Source: Welwitschia mirabilis (Eukaryota). Taken from it: DNA of 60,534 nt. Positions 37,992 through 52,100 of this stretch are shown here, piece after piece. Under the pieces are notes generated by a model. The model searched no databases and was not told the DNA's origin. It saw only the letters and a program-made list of their open reading frames with translations. Within the stretch, counting starts at the first letter, position 1, and each line of letters opens with the position of its first letter. The DNA lies in the NCBI GenBank assembly GCA_051453625.1, contig JBOZIK010000001.1, positions 16,409,801 through 16,470,334 of the forward strand. The letters are read 5' to 3'. The translations under genes were made by a program, and so were the position numbers.

Positions 37992-40900
37992 TGATCGTAA
38001 CAATAGAGAATTAGTCCCATGACTTTGTGGTTGTCAGTTCAATTTGAGAAATTGTCTTTTGAAAAAGAAAAAAAAATGGAGTAAAATTTTTGTCTTTTTA
38101 ATTCATAAGTTCCTTCTAATAATTTTCTCAAAATTGGCCTCACTCTCTATTTCTAAATTCTTTTTTAGCCATGTGATTTAATATACATACACATTCTGTT
38201 GGGAATTGTACATTTAAAAAGAAATTTGTTTTCTCTTCCTTCTTGTCAAATCATTTTTCTATAATCTCTTTATTTTTCTAGTTGTGTCTCATTCCATAGT
38301 GTAATTTACATCAAATTGGTATTAAAGCCAAGATTGAAATTTTGAAATTGATGGAAGATGTTAAAGAAGAGCAGCAATAGAAGAGTTTGTTATAGCGTTG
38401 TAGAGATTTGTAAGAAAGAACTACAAGAGGATGCTAGAAACTAAGAAATGACACCTAAAAGAATTATTATAACCATTTTGGATAAGAGAATGAGGACACT
38501 AAAATAAATGAATGAGGTCTCGCTATTGTTAATGAAGAAGACAATAGAGAAGATGAATCCTAGAGATATTTGGGAATTCAATAGATAGCAACAACAGTTA
38601 GGAAGACGAAAATGATAAAAAGGAGAAAACAAGAAAATAGAAGATCCTATAAGAATATTCATCAAAGCTTTTCAAAGAAGACAAAAATAAATGGTAAGAT
38701 CATTAAGAAGGATGGATAGCAAAACCATTGTGAAACTATCATCTTACAATAAAAGAATGAAACTTAAAAATCTATTAGATTAGATTATATGCATAGCAAA
38801 ACATTTTAAGGAAGAGAACGTGGATGAACTAGATAGAGTTTGATTTGTAGAGGGAAAATTACAAGGAATACTAGTAATTTTCTAGCAAAGATAATAAGAA
38901 ACTCACCAAAAAAAATATATATTACACCTAATTTAATATTTGGAAAACATGAAGATCAAGATGAAGGAAACATTTTTCTAATTTTTACATATATGTTTGA
39001 TACAATTAAAAGGGTTCCTACTTTAAAGTAATAAGACTCTCAAAGAATACATGGAGGCATGTCATTGATATGCTATACATGTTAGGCACATTGAAATCAT
39101 GAAAGAAGAGGATACAAGGTTTATTAATGGATTGAGAGTCTTAACTTAATATGAAATAGCTATCTAAACTCCTAGAATTTTAGAGGAAGCATATCTTTAT
39201 GCTTTAAGAGAAAACAAGAACTAGAAAATAAATTAAGAAAGCAAATTAAGAAGAAAAGAATATGGAAGAGGTAGATGTAAAGAAGAACCACCAAAACATC
39301 AAAGGAAAAGGAGATAACTTAAAAAGAATCTTCTTTCTTAAGGACAAGATGAAGAATAGGAAGAAGTGAAGGTAAGAGGGATGCTTTTATGTTCATCATT
39401 CATGAAGAAAATGGATACAAATCCTCCAATTATTTATCAACGAAAAAGGGTACCTCCTGAAATGCAAGAATTTAGTAAAATAAAGAGAATAAGATTAAAA
39501 AAATACAAGGAAAAAAATGCAAAACGAAAATACTAAAGGAACAAAGAAGCCTTATCCCAAAGACGTTAACTCTTTAAAATAATATTTCAATGCCATTAAA
39601 AAATAAATAAGATTAGAAATTAAAAAAATACAAATTCATTATATATAATGTAAGCTATGATAATATTTTTATAGAAATGGTGGAAAAACTAAAGTTAAAA
39701 GTACAGCCACATCCTACACCATATAAGATGCAATGGCTTCAAAGGAGTCATCATCTGACAATGAAATACAAATGTTCAGTAATTTTTAATGTGGTAATTA
39801 CAATGTTCATGTACTATTTAATGTGTACTCATGAATGGATGCCACTTTTTTTTTTGTCTTCTTTTAAAAGCCTTTTCAAGAATCAAACCTGAAACCACAA
39901 AGTAATGACAGCATTGCTCTACCATGACAATGTTTCCTAGGATACTAGATGTCACATTTAGCTTGGAAGAATTTGAAATTTTGACGTGAAAAGTAAAAAC
40001 CATGAAGTCCATCTTATATAGTTATGGTTTCTTACACTAATCAAAAATAGCCAAGAGGTGAGGATATATGTGGATTTAAGATCTATTAAAAAATCACTAT
40101 TAGATATTAGTTTTCAATGCCAAGAATAGATGTCAACTTGTATATCTTAGTAAGGATTTATTGGTTCGATAAGATCAATCCAAAAAGTGAATATTATCAA
40201 GTTCGCATAAGAGAGGAAGTTGAGTGGAAGACCATCTTTAAAACACTAAATAGTCTCTATGAATCATAGGTTATGTTATTTACATTAACAAATTCTCTTA
40301 ACACTTATATGAAAATGATAATAGAGGTACTAAAATATTTTCTTAAAAAATTATGATAATTTATCTCAATGATAATTTGATATATAATAACATCTAAAAA
40401 AATAACGAATAAAAATAAAGGAAAAGAAAGGAAATAAAAAATTTGAAAACTTGAAAATGATGTTCATAAGGTTAAGAGAAGAGTATCTTTTTGTAGATTT
40501 TAAAAATAAATTCATGAAGGAAGAATTAGAATTTTCAAGTAGCATAATTTCCAATGAACATGTAGTAATGTAACCAACAAGGGTTATACTTATTAAAGAA
40601 TGGCCTATTCTAAAAAACGTTGAAGCAACTTATAAGGTTTTATTGATAAAGACATTTTTATAGCATCTGTACTCAAGGTTCTCAAGGATATATAGTCTCA
40701 TCTTGATCATAATTAATAAGGATAAAGCATTTTAATGGTTAAAATTAGTCAAATATTTCAACTTTTGAATGAAAAAAAATTTCTTCCTAACTTATTATTA
40801 CATTCATATATTTTTAGAAAACATTTAAGGTATAATGTAATGCAAGTGGAATAATGATAGAGAATTATTAATTTAAGAAGAAAGCCCCATTACATTCCTT

Positions 40901-41703
40901 AGTGAAAAGCTAAATAAAGCTAAGGGAGAAATTTCTACATATGAAGAAGAAGTTTATGCCATTCTACAAGCATTAAAGTGTTAGAGATATCGCATTTTGA
41001 GGAAAATATTTATCTTATTTAATAATCATAAAGATCTTCACTAGAAAGATAATTAAACTCTAAGAAAACAAAATGGATAAAACAATTTTAAAATTTAATT
41101 TTATCATCAAATGTAAGAAAGGAATAACAAATAATGAGGTAGATGCACCTAGTAGAATTAAATTTATGCTTAGTTAATTTTTGTTTTTTTTTTCATTTAT
41201 GTAGAGAATGAACATTTTAAGATCATTTTGAATGTTATTCAAAACTCAATGCAAGGTATGTGTGAATCTTTCTTCTCTTATCATATCTAAGATAAAAAAA
41301 AATTTTAAGTATGGCAAGTTATGCATATTAAGATAAACTATGAGAATAAGTCTAGTAAAGAAAAAAAATTAAGTACACATGATAAGCTACTTTTTTATTA
41401 AAAATACTTATGAATTAGTGATGAGATCATATTTTTATTCTTAAATGTACAAAGATGTACAATAGTTTGTGAAGGCTTACAATATGTACCAAAAGTAAAA
41501 AGGAGAAAAGAATTAAAAATGTAGTTATCACCCATTAGTTATTCCATTTAGACTCTTGGGATAATATTATCATAGATTTCATACTTGAGCTTCCTAAACC
41601 CATGACGAGGAATAATACATTACTTAGTTATTTTAGATATATGTTCTAAGATGTAACATTTTATACCATGTAATAAGAATGGATATTCTATTTATGTAGC
41701 TAA
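37992..41703 (+). mobile_element. Decayed CRM-like chromovirus (Ty3/gypsy): 5' LTR end, PBS and gag-pol, truncated within integrase
   Basis: LTR end ...TACATCA at 38313, then PBS TGGTATTAAAGC (tRNA-Met, 38317-38328). Motifs: MVEKLKLKVQPHPTPYKMQWL; RT RICVDLRSI and YYQVRIREEVEWKTIFKT; RH EKLNKAK..ISTYEEEVYAILQALK; IN WDNIIIDFILELPK. LTR start uncertain (37680 or 37992). Confidence 0.85.
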
Positions 41704-41919
41704 TGTGACACCCTCTCTTCTCTTACCCTAATTAAGCACTATATTTCTTTCTCTCTTTTATTTAATACTATTATCTAATAAACATAATGGAACCTAGGAC
41801 CAAATTCTACTTACTCCTGTATTAGAATTTCTATATTCTAAGAAAGATAAATCATATTATATATTTACCTATAATTAATTTCTAAATTATTTTGGTTTAG
41901 TAAAAATAGGGATGTTAGA
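41704..41919. repeat. Possible short or partial Tekay/Del-like LTR interrupting the CRM integrase
   Basis: Begins TGTGACACCC exactly where integrase homology stops. GGGATGTTAGA near 41909-41919 resembles the inverted terminus. Confidence 0.4.
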
Positions 41920-43949
41920 AGTTTGTATCCTCCATTTCTTCCTAGTTTTTCACCACATAAAAGCTATTGTGTGAATAGTTGAGGAGGCTTAAACTTGTTG
42001 ACAACATAAATGGATAATTTTTAAAGATAATAACTAATCAATTTAATAAGAGGTTGCAACTCCAATTAATGGCATTTTAACTTGATATCTAGCCATCCTT
42101 CAAACATGAGTTGGTTCTACTTCAGGTTATAAACTATACAAACATGGATAAGCTCAACTCCATAAGATTTTATTTCATCTCGATATACCTTCAATACAAG
42201 TAATAGGCAGTATGTAAGGTGGATGCACACTTACAAATGACTCTTGCTATCTTGAAGCATATTTGGATGGTGCAACATAATCCATTACTACTAAAGGCTA
42301 GAGATATTTAGTTGGAGTAAGTTTATACATGGGTAGAATAGGAGAGTTATGATTAAATCCACATCCAAAAGGGTATTAAAAAAAATGCAATGCAATTCAA
42401 CTTGGTGATGAAATCCAAGTGTAGGGATGAACATTATTAGAATTATCTTAATGTAGTCTTATTTGATGAATACACCACACAAATGCATGCAAACAAGTCT
42501 AAATAATATCGATATTTAATGGATCATTTACCTAGTTATAATAATTCTAATTATCATTTGATTCATTTTATAGAAATAACCATAAAAATAAAGCAAGCAT
42601 ACAAGAATATTTCTATATTTAAGATTATAATAATAAAAATTTAGATAAAGGAAAAATTATTCTCTTTTATACCTAAATAGAGGAAATATTCTTTTCTTTT
42701 TCTTTCAATAATAATACAAATATTTAAAATGTATCAAGTAACATATTAATAATGTACTTAAAGAAACTAAAACATATATGGATTTATACCAATCCTAGAA
42801 ACATTCTTCCATGCTCATATACAATCTCTATTGATTGGTGCAAAGAATGTACACAAATAAAGTATAGCTTAAACATAGTTGTTAATATATAATTCTTTAT
42901 CTAATATTCATATGACTATAATATAAGTTAATTAAAAAAATAAAAGCTACGAACTACTTATGTTACTTAAACTACTAAGGTGAAAACCCTTACAAGCATA
43001 TGCACATTTAAAGTAAGTTAAAGAAAAATGGTAAAAGTGGTATTTCTACAAATAAATACTATTTATAGGTAATTTAACTTAAATTTATAATAGAAACATG
43101 TTTTACATACTTAATTCTCTATAAAAATTTATGCAATAATTTTTCTATAATTTCAAACATTAATTATAGCATTTGTGGGCTCTAAGAAGACATTAGAGTT
43201 AAAAATGAATAATTAATTAGTTATGAAGGAAACATTATAGTAGTTTTTTTTAGAAACTAGACACATAATAGGATTCTTAAAATCTAACTTAAACTACCTT
43301 AGAATTATAAAAATATTATTTTAAGGTTATCATTTAAGGTTAAAAATTCTCAAATTTTCTAAAATTATAGTCCTACTGCACTACACTAAAATGATTATAA
43401 CTTTAAAAATACTTTGTATTTTTAAATGGTTTAAGATGTTTTGGAAATCTTATTCAATTTCCTACAACTTAGGATGCTCAAGTTTGCAGATATTTTAACA
43501 AATATAGAAATGTAAATCACTTGCTTACTATATTTTACATTTATTTTATAATGTATTTTAATGAATAATTTTTTTTTTAAAAATAACTACCCATCAGAAA
43601 AATTGTTGTTTTTAGATTTTTACATTCATAACGCGATCTTAGACTGATAGAAAAACTTTCACTAATTTATAATTGCTAATTAATAAGATATAATGTTTTT
43701 ATCTTATACTTCTATTCTGGAAATTTAATTTTTGCCATAACAAAATATGATAAAGTTTCTACAACTACTTAAGCAATAACTTAGATCAATAAAATAATAG
43801 ATATTATAACTAATTACTTATAGAATATGTTAACTAAGTTACTAATTTAAATCATTATAGGAAAAAAAAATCAAATCAATTCAAGAGAAACATTTACTAT
43901 AAGTCTTGGGATTTTCATGAAAGAGTACTAGCCTAAGATATTTTTAAGG

Positions 43950-44370
43950 ATCAGACTTGGCTAAAAACAATAAAAAAACATTCTTTCCACTTGCTAATTT
44001 TGTAATTTCTGTAAATAAAAAGAATTCCTTTCTCAATATACTATTAGAGTTGAACCTTCTAGATGGTTATGCATCAAATATTCATTTATTCTATAAATTA
44101 ATCATAGATTTTTTTGGGCTTAAGAGCCATGACTATGATGTTATTTTACAATAAGTTCTTCTTATTGCTTTGTATAACTTGGTTCTATCTAAGTTGCATC
44201 CTCTAATAATTCAGTTAAGTCTCTTTTATCCAAAAATTCAAAGGAAGTCAAATCAAGAATTACTATCATACTTTGTGATCTTGAGAGAATATTTCCTTTT
44301 AATTTCTTTGATATCATGATGCATTTACCTATTTACTTAGTAAGATAAATTAGGATTTGTGGGACTATCA
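43950..44370 (+). pseudogene. CACTA transposase (Tnp2/TnpD, DUF4218 region) fragment
   Basis: LNLLDGYASNI; FFGLKSHDYDVILQ; LCDLERIFPFNFFDIMMHLPIYL. Confidence 0.9.
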
Positions 44371-44399
44371 TGATGCATTATTCTCCTTATTAGGAAGTC

Positions 44400-44985
44400 A
44401 ATTTGATGAATGGATGAAAAATCATCTTCCCTATCTTCTTTTGCTTAAAAATATTATTTAGTTTTACTCTCATCATAAACATGTCTTTATTGAAATGATG
44501 CTACAATACTTTATGGAGGACTTAATGTCTTTTATGTAGAAAACATGTGATGCCTAGCTAGATAATCTAAATGGGTTTTTTTTTCATGATCACCCCTAAG
44601 ATATTTAGTTATGTTAATAATGGTAAAATCATACTCATTATTTTTTATGTTAACTTACTAGAGAATATAGAACCATTCACATTTGAAGAGCCCAACATTA
44701 AATATGGAACTATAATGTAATAAAACTATGTCTTTTAAAATACCATAGTAATGTACATCATTACATTTAGGATTGTTATCATTTACAATTGATACACAAG
44801 TAGTATTTGCTATTACAAATACTTTACTATTTTGACATGAAAGATCTATCTCTCTTTCTTTTACATGAAATCTATACCCATTGATTAGGTTATCCTTATA
44901 TCTTACAACATGCATGCTTGGGGAATGTAAAAACCATTTAACTTCTTTATTTAGTTTTTCATTGATCTCAAGTTAGACATATAGT
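44400..44985 (-). pseudogene. CACTA transposase (DUF4216 region) fragment
   Basis: YKDNLINGYRFHVKERE...QNSKV...YYGILKDIVLLHY...GLFKCEWF, followed by a decayed F..ASQA..VFY motif. Confidence 0.9.
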
Positions 44986-47900
44986 TCAATAGGTAAATAA
45001 CTATAAGTTATAGTAATAGTATTAATGTACGTATATTTATTTAAAGGATACAAATTAGTATAATTTAAAAGAATAAAAATTATAAAAATAGTAAATGTCT
45101 AAAAAAGTATTTTTTTAAAGCACTTGCACCATTTTTTCAAATGAATTTATAGTAATAAGACTAAAAAAGTCTAGTTTATTAAAGTACTTAATAGGCATGA
45201 TGAAAGTGAAAGTTTAGAAGGATTGATACTACAAAATATTAATAACTTTGATAGTGTGAAATTCTAGGATTTCAAAAACTACATTGAGAACTCCACATGA
45301 ATAAAAATGCCAATGTGGGTAGGGCTAANNNNNNNNNTAGATATGATTATATGTAACAACTTTAACTATTGTATGTTAAGTAATATTCACATACCACATT
45401 AAGTGGGGTTTCTTCTATTAAGTCGAAATCATTTTCCATGTGTGTATTATTATGACATTATTTGAATCTAAAGCATTATCATCAAAGTGCTTTAAGTAAT
45501 CAAAGAAATGATATTAGATGATTGAGTAAGTTAGTATGAATCACTATATAATAACTACCTTACTATTAGGATCTCATTCTCATCATATTGAATTCTGTAA
45601 TCAAATTCATATTTTTCTCTATGCTTGTATTTTATTTTACTAAAAATAAATGGCTTGAGTTATCATCATTTTATTAGCTATTAATTTGCACTTTTCATAT
45701 AGAATTTTGTATCATTGTACTTCGACATACTTGAGTGCTTCTTATTTTTTATAATAGTCAACTAATAGAGTAATTATAGTCTTCTTTAAGATTTATGTTC
45801 TTTCTCTATCCTTTGTTGTTTTATTAAAAAAAGAGATTACTAAACATTAAATAGTTGATTTATTTTATTCTAATTTATTTCTTATTTAATTTATAATACA
45901 TTATAGTTGGAAAGAACTTTTTTTGTAATTATATAGATAATTATCATTTGTGTTTTAATTTTCCTTTAATTAATTCTTCCAATAACAAATTTTTGTAATA
46001 GTTTTTTATGTTCATAGCCTTCTTTGTGTAAAGTTTATTCTTATTATTTATAGAAAAGTTATTTTAGTTAATTACAACCATAGCTATTTTTAAGTCTTAT
46101 AAAAGCTTATCGAATTGGCATTAATTTCATGAAAAGCATGAAACTGTAGTTGTTGATTCATGTATTGAATTAGAAATTGAAAACAAAGTTCTTCTAGAAA
46201 ATGGAGACCTGACAAAATCAACTTCCAACTTGAATAAACATTTTTTAGTAGAGCTTCAATTACCCTCATCTAACTACTTCATTGTAATTTATTTTCTAGA
46301 TCACTACAATTTGTTTCTTAATTTACTATAGTTTTTTTCTAGCTTACTATAGTTTATTTCTTAGTTCACTACAATTCATTTTTTGATTCATTTTTTTCTT
46401 ATTCTTAGTCTCTTTTATCCCTATCACATTTTGTCCTTACTAGGGGAGGAAGTTTTTAGGTCTTCACATAAATTTATTGAATATGATGATGGGATGATGT
46501 GCTATGTCTCTAAGTCTTTTCTTTTGATATGCAATAGAAATAAGTATGGCCTCAGAATTCTAATTATTTCAAGTATTTTAATACATATCTTATTTTCTGT
46601 AGAGCCAAAATTTTAACTTTTAAAAAAGAAGTATAATAACACAACAATTAAAACAACCTTTAAAGAAAATAAAAAATAACATAAAATAATAAATATCTAC
46701 TTTAAAGAGTGGTGAGTTATTCAGTTCCCAGGGAAATATGTTAAAGGCTTGATTAAATATGTATCTTGATGGATTCATTTTTAAACTCTCTTCTGGTAAA
46801 AAGTACAAATATGATCTTACTTCACCATTTAAAAAGAATGTTATCTTGAATATGCATAATTCATCATACAATATTTATCAATTTTATCTAAGATACTGAA
46901 GGTTATTTAATTGTTGGTTTCATTTTTTATGTTTCCTCCTGCATGTCAAAATTTCTTCATAGTAATTATAGAGTTTGTATTCTATTTATTAATTGATGAC
47001 TTAGACTATAAATACTCTTAATTGTATTTCTCCTTTTTTTCTCTTTCAAAAATATAAATCTAAAATGTAATCTTTTTTTGAGTGTTTATTGCTTATTCTA
47101 GTATTTTCATTTTTGAAGGAAAAGAAAACATAATTATTGAGTTTAAATCAGTGATAGCCTTTCTCATTAGATTTAAAAACAGAACACCATGAGCAAGAGA
47201 AAACTAGTGTTTTAATCAATATTAGGAAAGGGCATTGTCTGATATTTGGCAACTCACATTTAAATCCTTTGTCATGTTTTACATATTTGAGTATCTAGAT
47301 AGGTTGTGATATTAATTTAATATTAGAAAAGTGATTTAAATCAGAATATATTTCATTACTTGTGATTATAACTTTGATAGACAATGATGTTCTAGAAAAA
47401 TATTTATAGAAGCAAGGATTCAAATGAATCTACTTTTAAAATATTAGTGATTTGGTAAAAGTTAGTTAGCAAGATTACAATTTAGATATAGGTTCTTTTT
47501 TAATAATTTAAAGATGAATTTTGGGTTTGTTTCATCCTAGATCATAAAATAAGGATAGTAATCTCTATCTAATAGGTAAAATTTTAGATTTAATATAAGG
47601 CATTAAAATCCTACAATATACAAATAACTATTTAAGCTATGTAGATTGGATTTAAAATTGAGATTTTAATTTTGTGGAGGAATTCTAGACCTAATAAAAT
47701 ATGATAAGGAGTTAATATAAATTTGTTAATGAAACAAAAATGTATTTGCTTTCAAATTAAAATACCAGTCTAAGTAGGATATAGAAGATAAGCAGATCCA
47801 TTTTCATGCACTAATGGTGATCCAATTCTTAACATCAAAAATTGGAATTTATTATGGTATTATATGATTTAATAAGGCCTAATAAAAATACCAATATCTT

Positions 47901-48095
47901 TCCAAGATTTTGTAGGGTGTATACTAGGCCCAAAATGCTTGACAACGTAAAATGTGGCTTTTTATTTCATTTTTTCCTATAATATTTAATGACAGGTTTG
48001 TAATAAAATTTTTAATTTTATCTTTCCCTATAAGAGTTTTTCAAAGATTATTTCTTATCATTATAATTAAAATTTGCAACATCTACATGTGATAT

Positions 48096-49173
48096 CATTG
48101 CTTTGCCAATTTGTCATTATTTAATATCGTTTTATGAGTTATTATATAGGAAATTTATATAGGTTTAAGTGTAATTCTAAGTATTTTGGAGAATCAAGAG
48201 GAAATCTTAGAAATATGCAATTCTTAGTAATATTTAAGGCATTCAAGGCACATTCTAATATTGATGACTGTGGAGGAAGATTACTAACAGAAATGCTACC
48301 TTCTTCTCAATAAAATGATTAAAGAAGATCATCATCCCCTTTATCATCTAGATGATAGGCATGATGACAACTACATTAAATGCTAATTTGAATTACTAAA
48401 TCAACTATGGTGTTTGATGAGTTACCTTTTGTAATATCTATCATCCCCATAATCATCTAACTGATAGTTAGGATGACAGTAATATGTAATTGACTCTGAT
48501 AACTAAACCTTAACTATTTCATCTATTTTTTTCTATAAATAAGCATGTCTATCCATGCCTTCTATTTGTCATTTTCTACTATTCTTTCCTATAAATAAGT
48601 TCCCCTTCGATTTTCCTTCTTGTCTTCATTACATCAGAAATTCTTATGACAAGGGATCAAAGGGCAGGAGACCCATCTTGAGCATTGCAGAAGGATATTC
48701 TCTTAGTAGAGGATTATGTATCCTCCATTGAGGCCTAGCTATTTTGTAACCCAGATGTTGTTACTCTTGAATATATACTTCATTTTCTTTATTGTATGTT
48801 AGTTTGTTAGATGACCCTTATGGTTTATGTTACCCTTGATTTAAAGACAATTTCTTGGATGATATAGATCATTAAGGGCAACCTTTGTCAAAACTAAAAG
48901 TAAGTAGTTTAGATTTATTTTGCATTACACTTAGGTTAGATTGCATCTTGCATTACATTGCACTTCATTTCCTGCATTATTATTTATTTTTAATTTCCAT
49001 TTTCTCTAACCAAAGAAATTGAAGTCTCATCTCATAGTTTTCAATGAGAATGCGACATTTTGAGTTAACTCCCACTTATACTAATGTGTTTTATTATGTG
49101 AAATATCTATTTTAAGTATAAAATGATATAATCTTTTTGAGTATAAATACTTGAACAAATCAACATCGCAATA
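48096..49173 (+). repeat. 5' LTR of the Athila-like element
   Basis: Colinear with 54037-55728 (e.g. CATGCCTTCTATTTGTCATTTTCTACTATTCTTTCCTATAAATAA) and followed by the PBS. Confidence 0.9.
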
Positions 49174-52100
49174 AATTGGCATTGTTGCTAGAGAAGGCTA
49201 TTGAGAAGTATGAGGGTTGTTATCATTCAAATGAGTACATTAGATTTTTGTTCGATTATTTATCCATAGGAATATTGTATTTTAATTAAGAACTATAGAT
49301 TTTCTATTTGTAGTTTTGTTTTTCTGGTTTTTTGGTTTTTAGTTTTTTGTAGTCTATAATAATAGCTGTTGTTTTTTTTGTTAATTCCATGACAAGGTGT
49401 ATGACTACTTACATTTTGTTCTTTTGCCTTTTATTTTTGGATTTTAGATTGTAGTTTTTTAAGAGCATTATAATAATTTCATCCTCTCCTTTGTCATCTA
49501 GATGGCAGGTGGACAACAGTCCTTGTGTGTTCTTTTAGATTTCATTTTTTTACTCTATTAAGTTTTTGTTGTTTACTTTCTTTATTTGTTGTCTCCTCTA
49601 TTGTCCCCATGAGAAACAGGATGACAATGTTGTTTTTTATTTGTTTTTTATTATTTTCTGATTACAGGATACTATTATTTGGTTAGTTCAAAAAAAGAAA
49701 TATTATAGAAAACAGAAGAAAGTATTAAAGAAAAACTAGTCAGTTTCAACATAAAATCATGAATGCAATCTCTAGGTGCATATAATATCTTTTTTGAGTC
49801 CATTTTTTTCTCTTATTTTTTTCCCCTCTCATTTTAAAGGAACATTGAACTCGACCATAATTGTGTGTCTATTTTTATGTTGAATTAGATTCTCTTTTTT
49901 CCATTCTTCTCAATAATAAATAATGACACAAGAACCCTTAAGAAAATGTTTGTTAAAAGAAGGAGAAATTTGAAAAACTCTGAAGATGATAGTAAGAAAA
50001 CACTTTAAGAAGTTTTTATAGTAAAAGAGATAACAACACAAAATGATGTTGAGAGTAGGAATTAAACCAATTCCTCTTTGCAATCATCTTATTATTCCCC
50101 CTTTTCTTTTCAAAAACTATGTAGAAATAACAATGAAAATTTTAGGGATTCAACTTCATATAATCACTTTTACCCATCTCATCCATCTCCCATGAATTAC
50201 TATGAAGAAGAATCATCTTCCATTAACCATTATAAAGAAGAAAATGATTCAATGAAAGAAAAAATGGATACAATAATAAAGAACAAGAAAATATCAACAA
50301 AAACATGGAAAATAATATTAAAAATTTAGAAAATTTGATTGAGATTCTTCAACAAGTACTTCTACAAAATTAAAGTTCTCTTATAATGAAAAATCATCAA
50401 ATCTATCCTTCTACAGCTTACCTTAAGCAAAATGAAGATAACTTAGGAATGAATGATAATGATTCTTGCTTTCAAATAGAGAATGAAATTTTAGATCAAA
50501 TTCAACATTTTACCCATTAAAAGATGAGAAAAGAGGAGATAACAATAATTCAACCCTATCTTTCAATAATAAAGATGAGGATGAGCATTTGTTAGATGAT
50601 AATATTAAGGTGTTAGAAACCCATTTACTAGATGAAAAATACATTCATAAAAAAATGAAAATTTCTTAATTTATGATAGACAAAATGATCACGTTTCTTC
50701 TTCTAGTAAAAACAATAACATGAAACAAGATGATGAAAATAGTGAAGAAGAAAAAGATGATGATATTAAAATATTAGATCATATCCCTTGTTTTCACACA
50801 CTTTATAAAGATGAAGGAATTCGACCTTTAAAAGAGGCTTAACTTATGAGATTAATAGAGATAAGTATTGAGACAAAATCAATGGAAAAGAATCAACTCA
50901 ACTCAAATGAGGATTATAGTTTAGAGTTAAAAGAATTATTTACAAAGAAAGAGGAGTCAAACTAAGAATTATTAGAATATCTTTCATTACATAATAAAAG
51001 CAATGATAACTTTTCTTTCTATAATCTTTCTAATGATCTTTTTGAGGAATCCACAACTTAGAAAAGAAAAATGATCCTCAAGAAAATAAAAAAACAAGAA
51101 TAAGATATAATAAATAATAAAGAAGAGAGATATATGGTTAATGAAGAAATCATTCAATTAAATAACTCTCCAAATCATATCCTTATCCTTAAAAGTAATG
51201 AGATACATCATCTTAAGGACTCAACTCTAAAAATCTCCCAATCCTTTTCTTTGTAAATTTCATGTGCTAAAAAAAGTAACATCTTTTCTTCTTTTGCAAA
51301 GACAACTCTACCTTGCACTTCCAATGATTATTCTTTTCAAAAATAAAACTTGGATTATCTAGAAACTCTAAATTGAGAAAAGCCTAATCCATGTTTAATA
51401 TTAAATGTTAAAGAGCTTCATAGGTAAGTAAGACCTATCTTAATTACTTATCCTAAGAATTTTCTTACAAATCATTAGATCTTAAATAATACCTTCCATG
51501 TTCATTATCAAGCTTTAAATTCAATTTATGTTTCAAATCCTTTATATCATGAGTTTGATAAGAGATTGTTTTTCCTGAGTTATATGAATTTTTATCTCTT
51601 ATATTAATTCTTGTGGAAACAAAATGTCATGTACTCATGCAAATTAGAACAAGCCTCACCTTCTCACTAAAAATCCATGTCTTGAATCAAATGATAGAAA
51701 ACATGTTAAAGAGCCTTTAAAATCATTTTGAAAACTTTTCTTTAATTTCCTTCTCGCATGCCTTTCATAATGATACTCAAGATTCACAAAGATTTCATAA
51801 GAGATCATTTGATACTTATCATTCCTTTATCTCTTATTTGAATTGTAAATTTTGTATTGTCAAAGTATTATCTTTTTATTCTATCTTCTTCCAATTGATT
51901 TTACATAAAAATGATTACATACCTTTTATGTTTTAGTAATTAATAAATATTTGGTTTGAACCCTATTTATCTAAAAAAATGCAACATCTTGAGATCATTA
52001 TTTTTTTCTAATAAAAATATAATTATATTTTAGGATTTGAATAAAAATTTGCTTACCTTGATATTTCCTTTTGGCTTTTATGGTTCTTTTAATTTTGATT

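Noticed and set aside
46380..48090. Coding-like decayed stretches, possibly further DNA-transposon remnants
   Set aside because: Motif similarity is too weak to assign a family.
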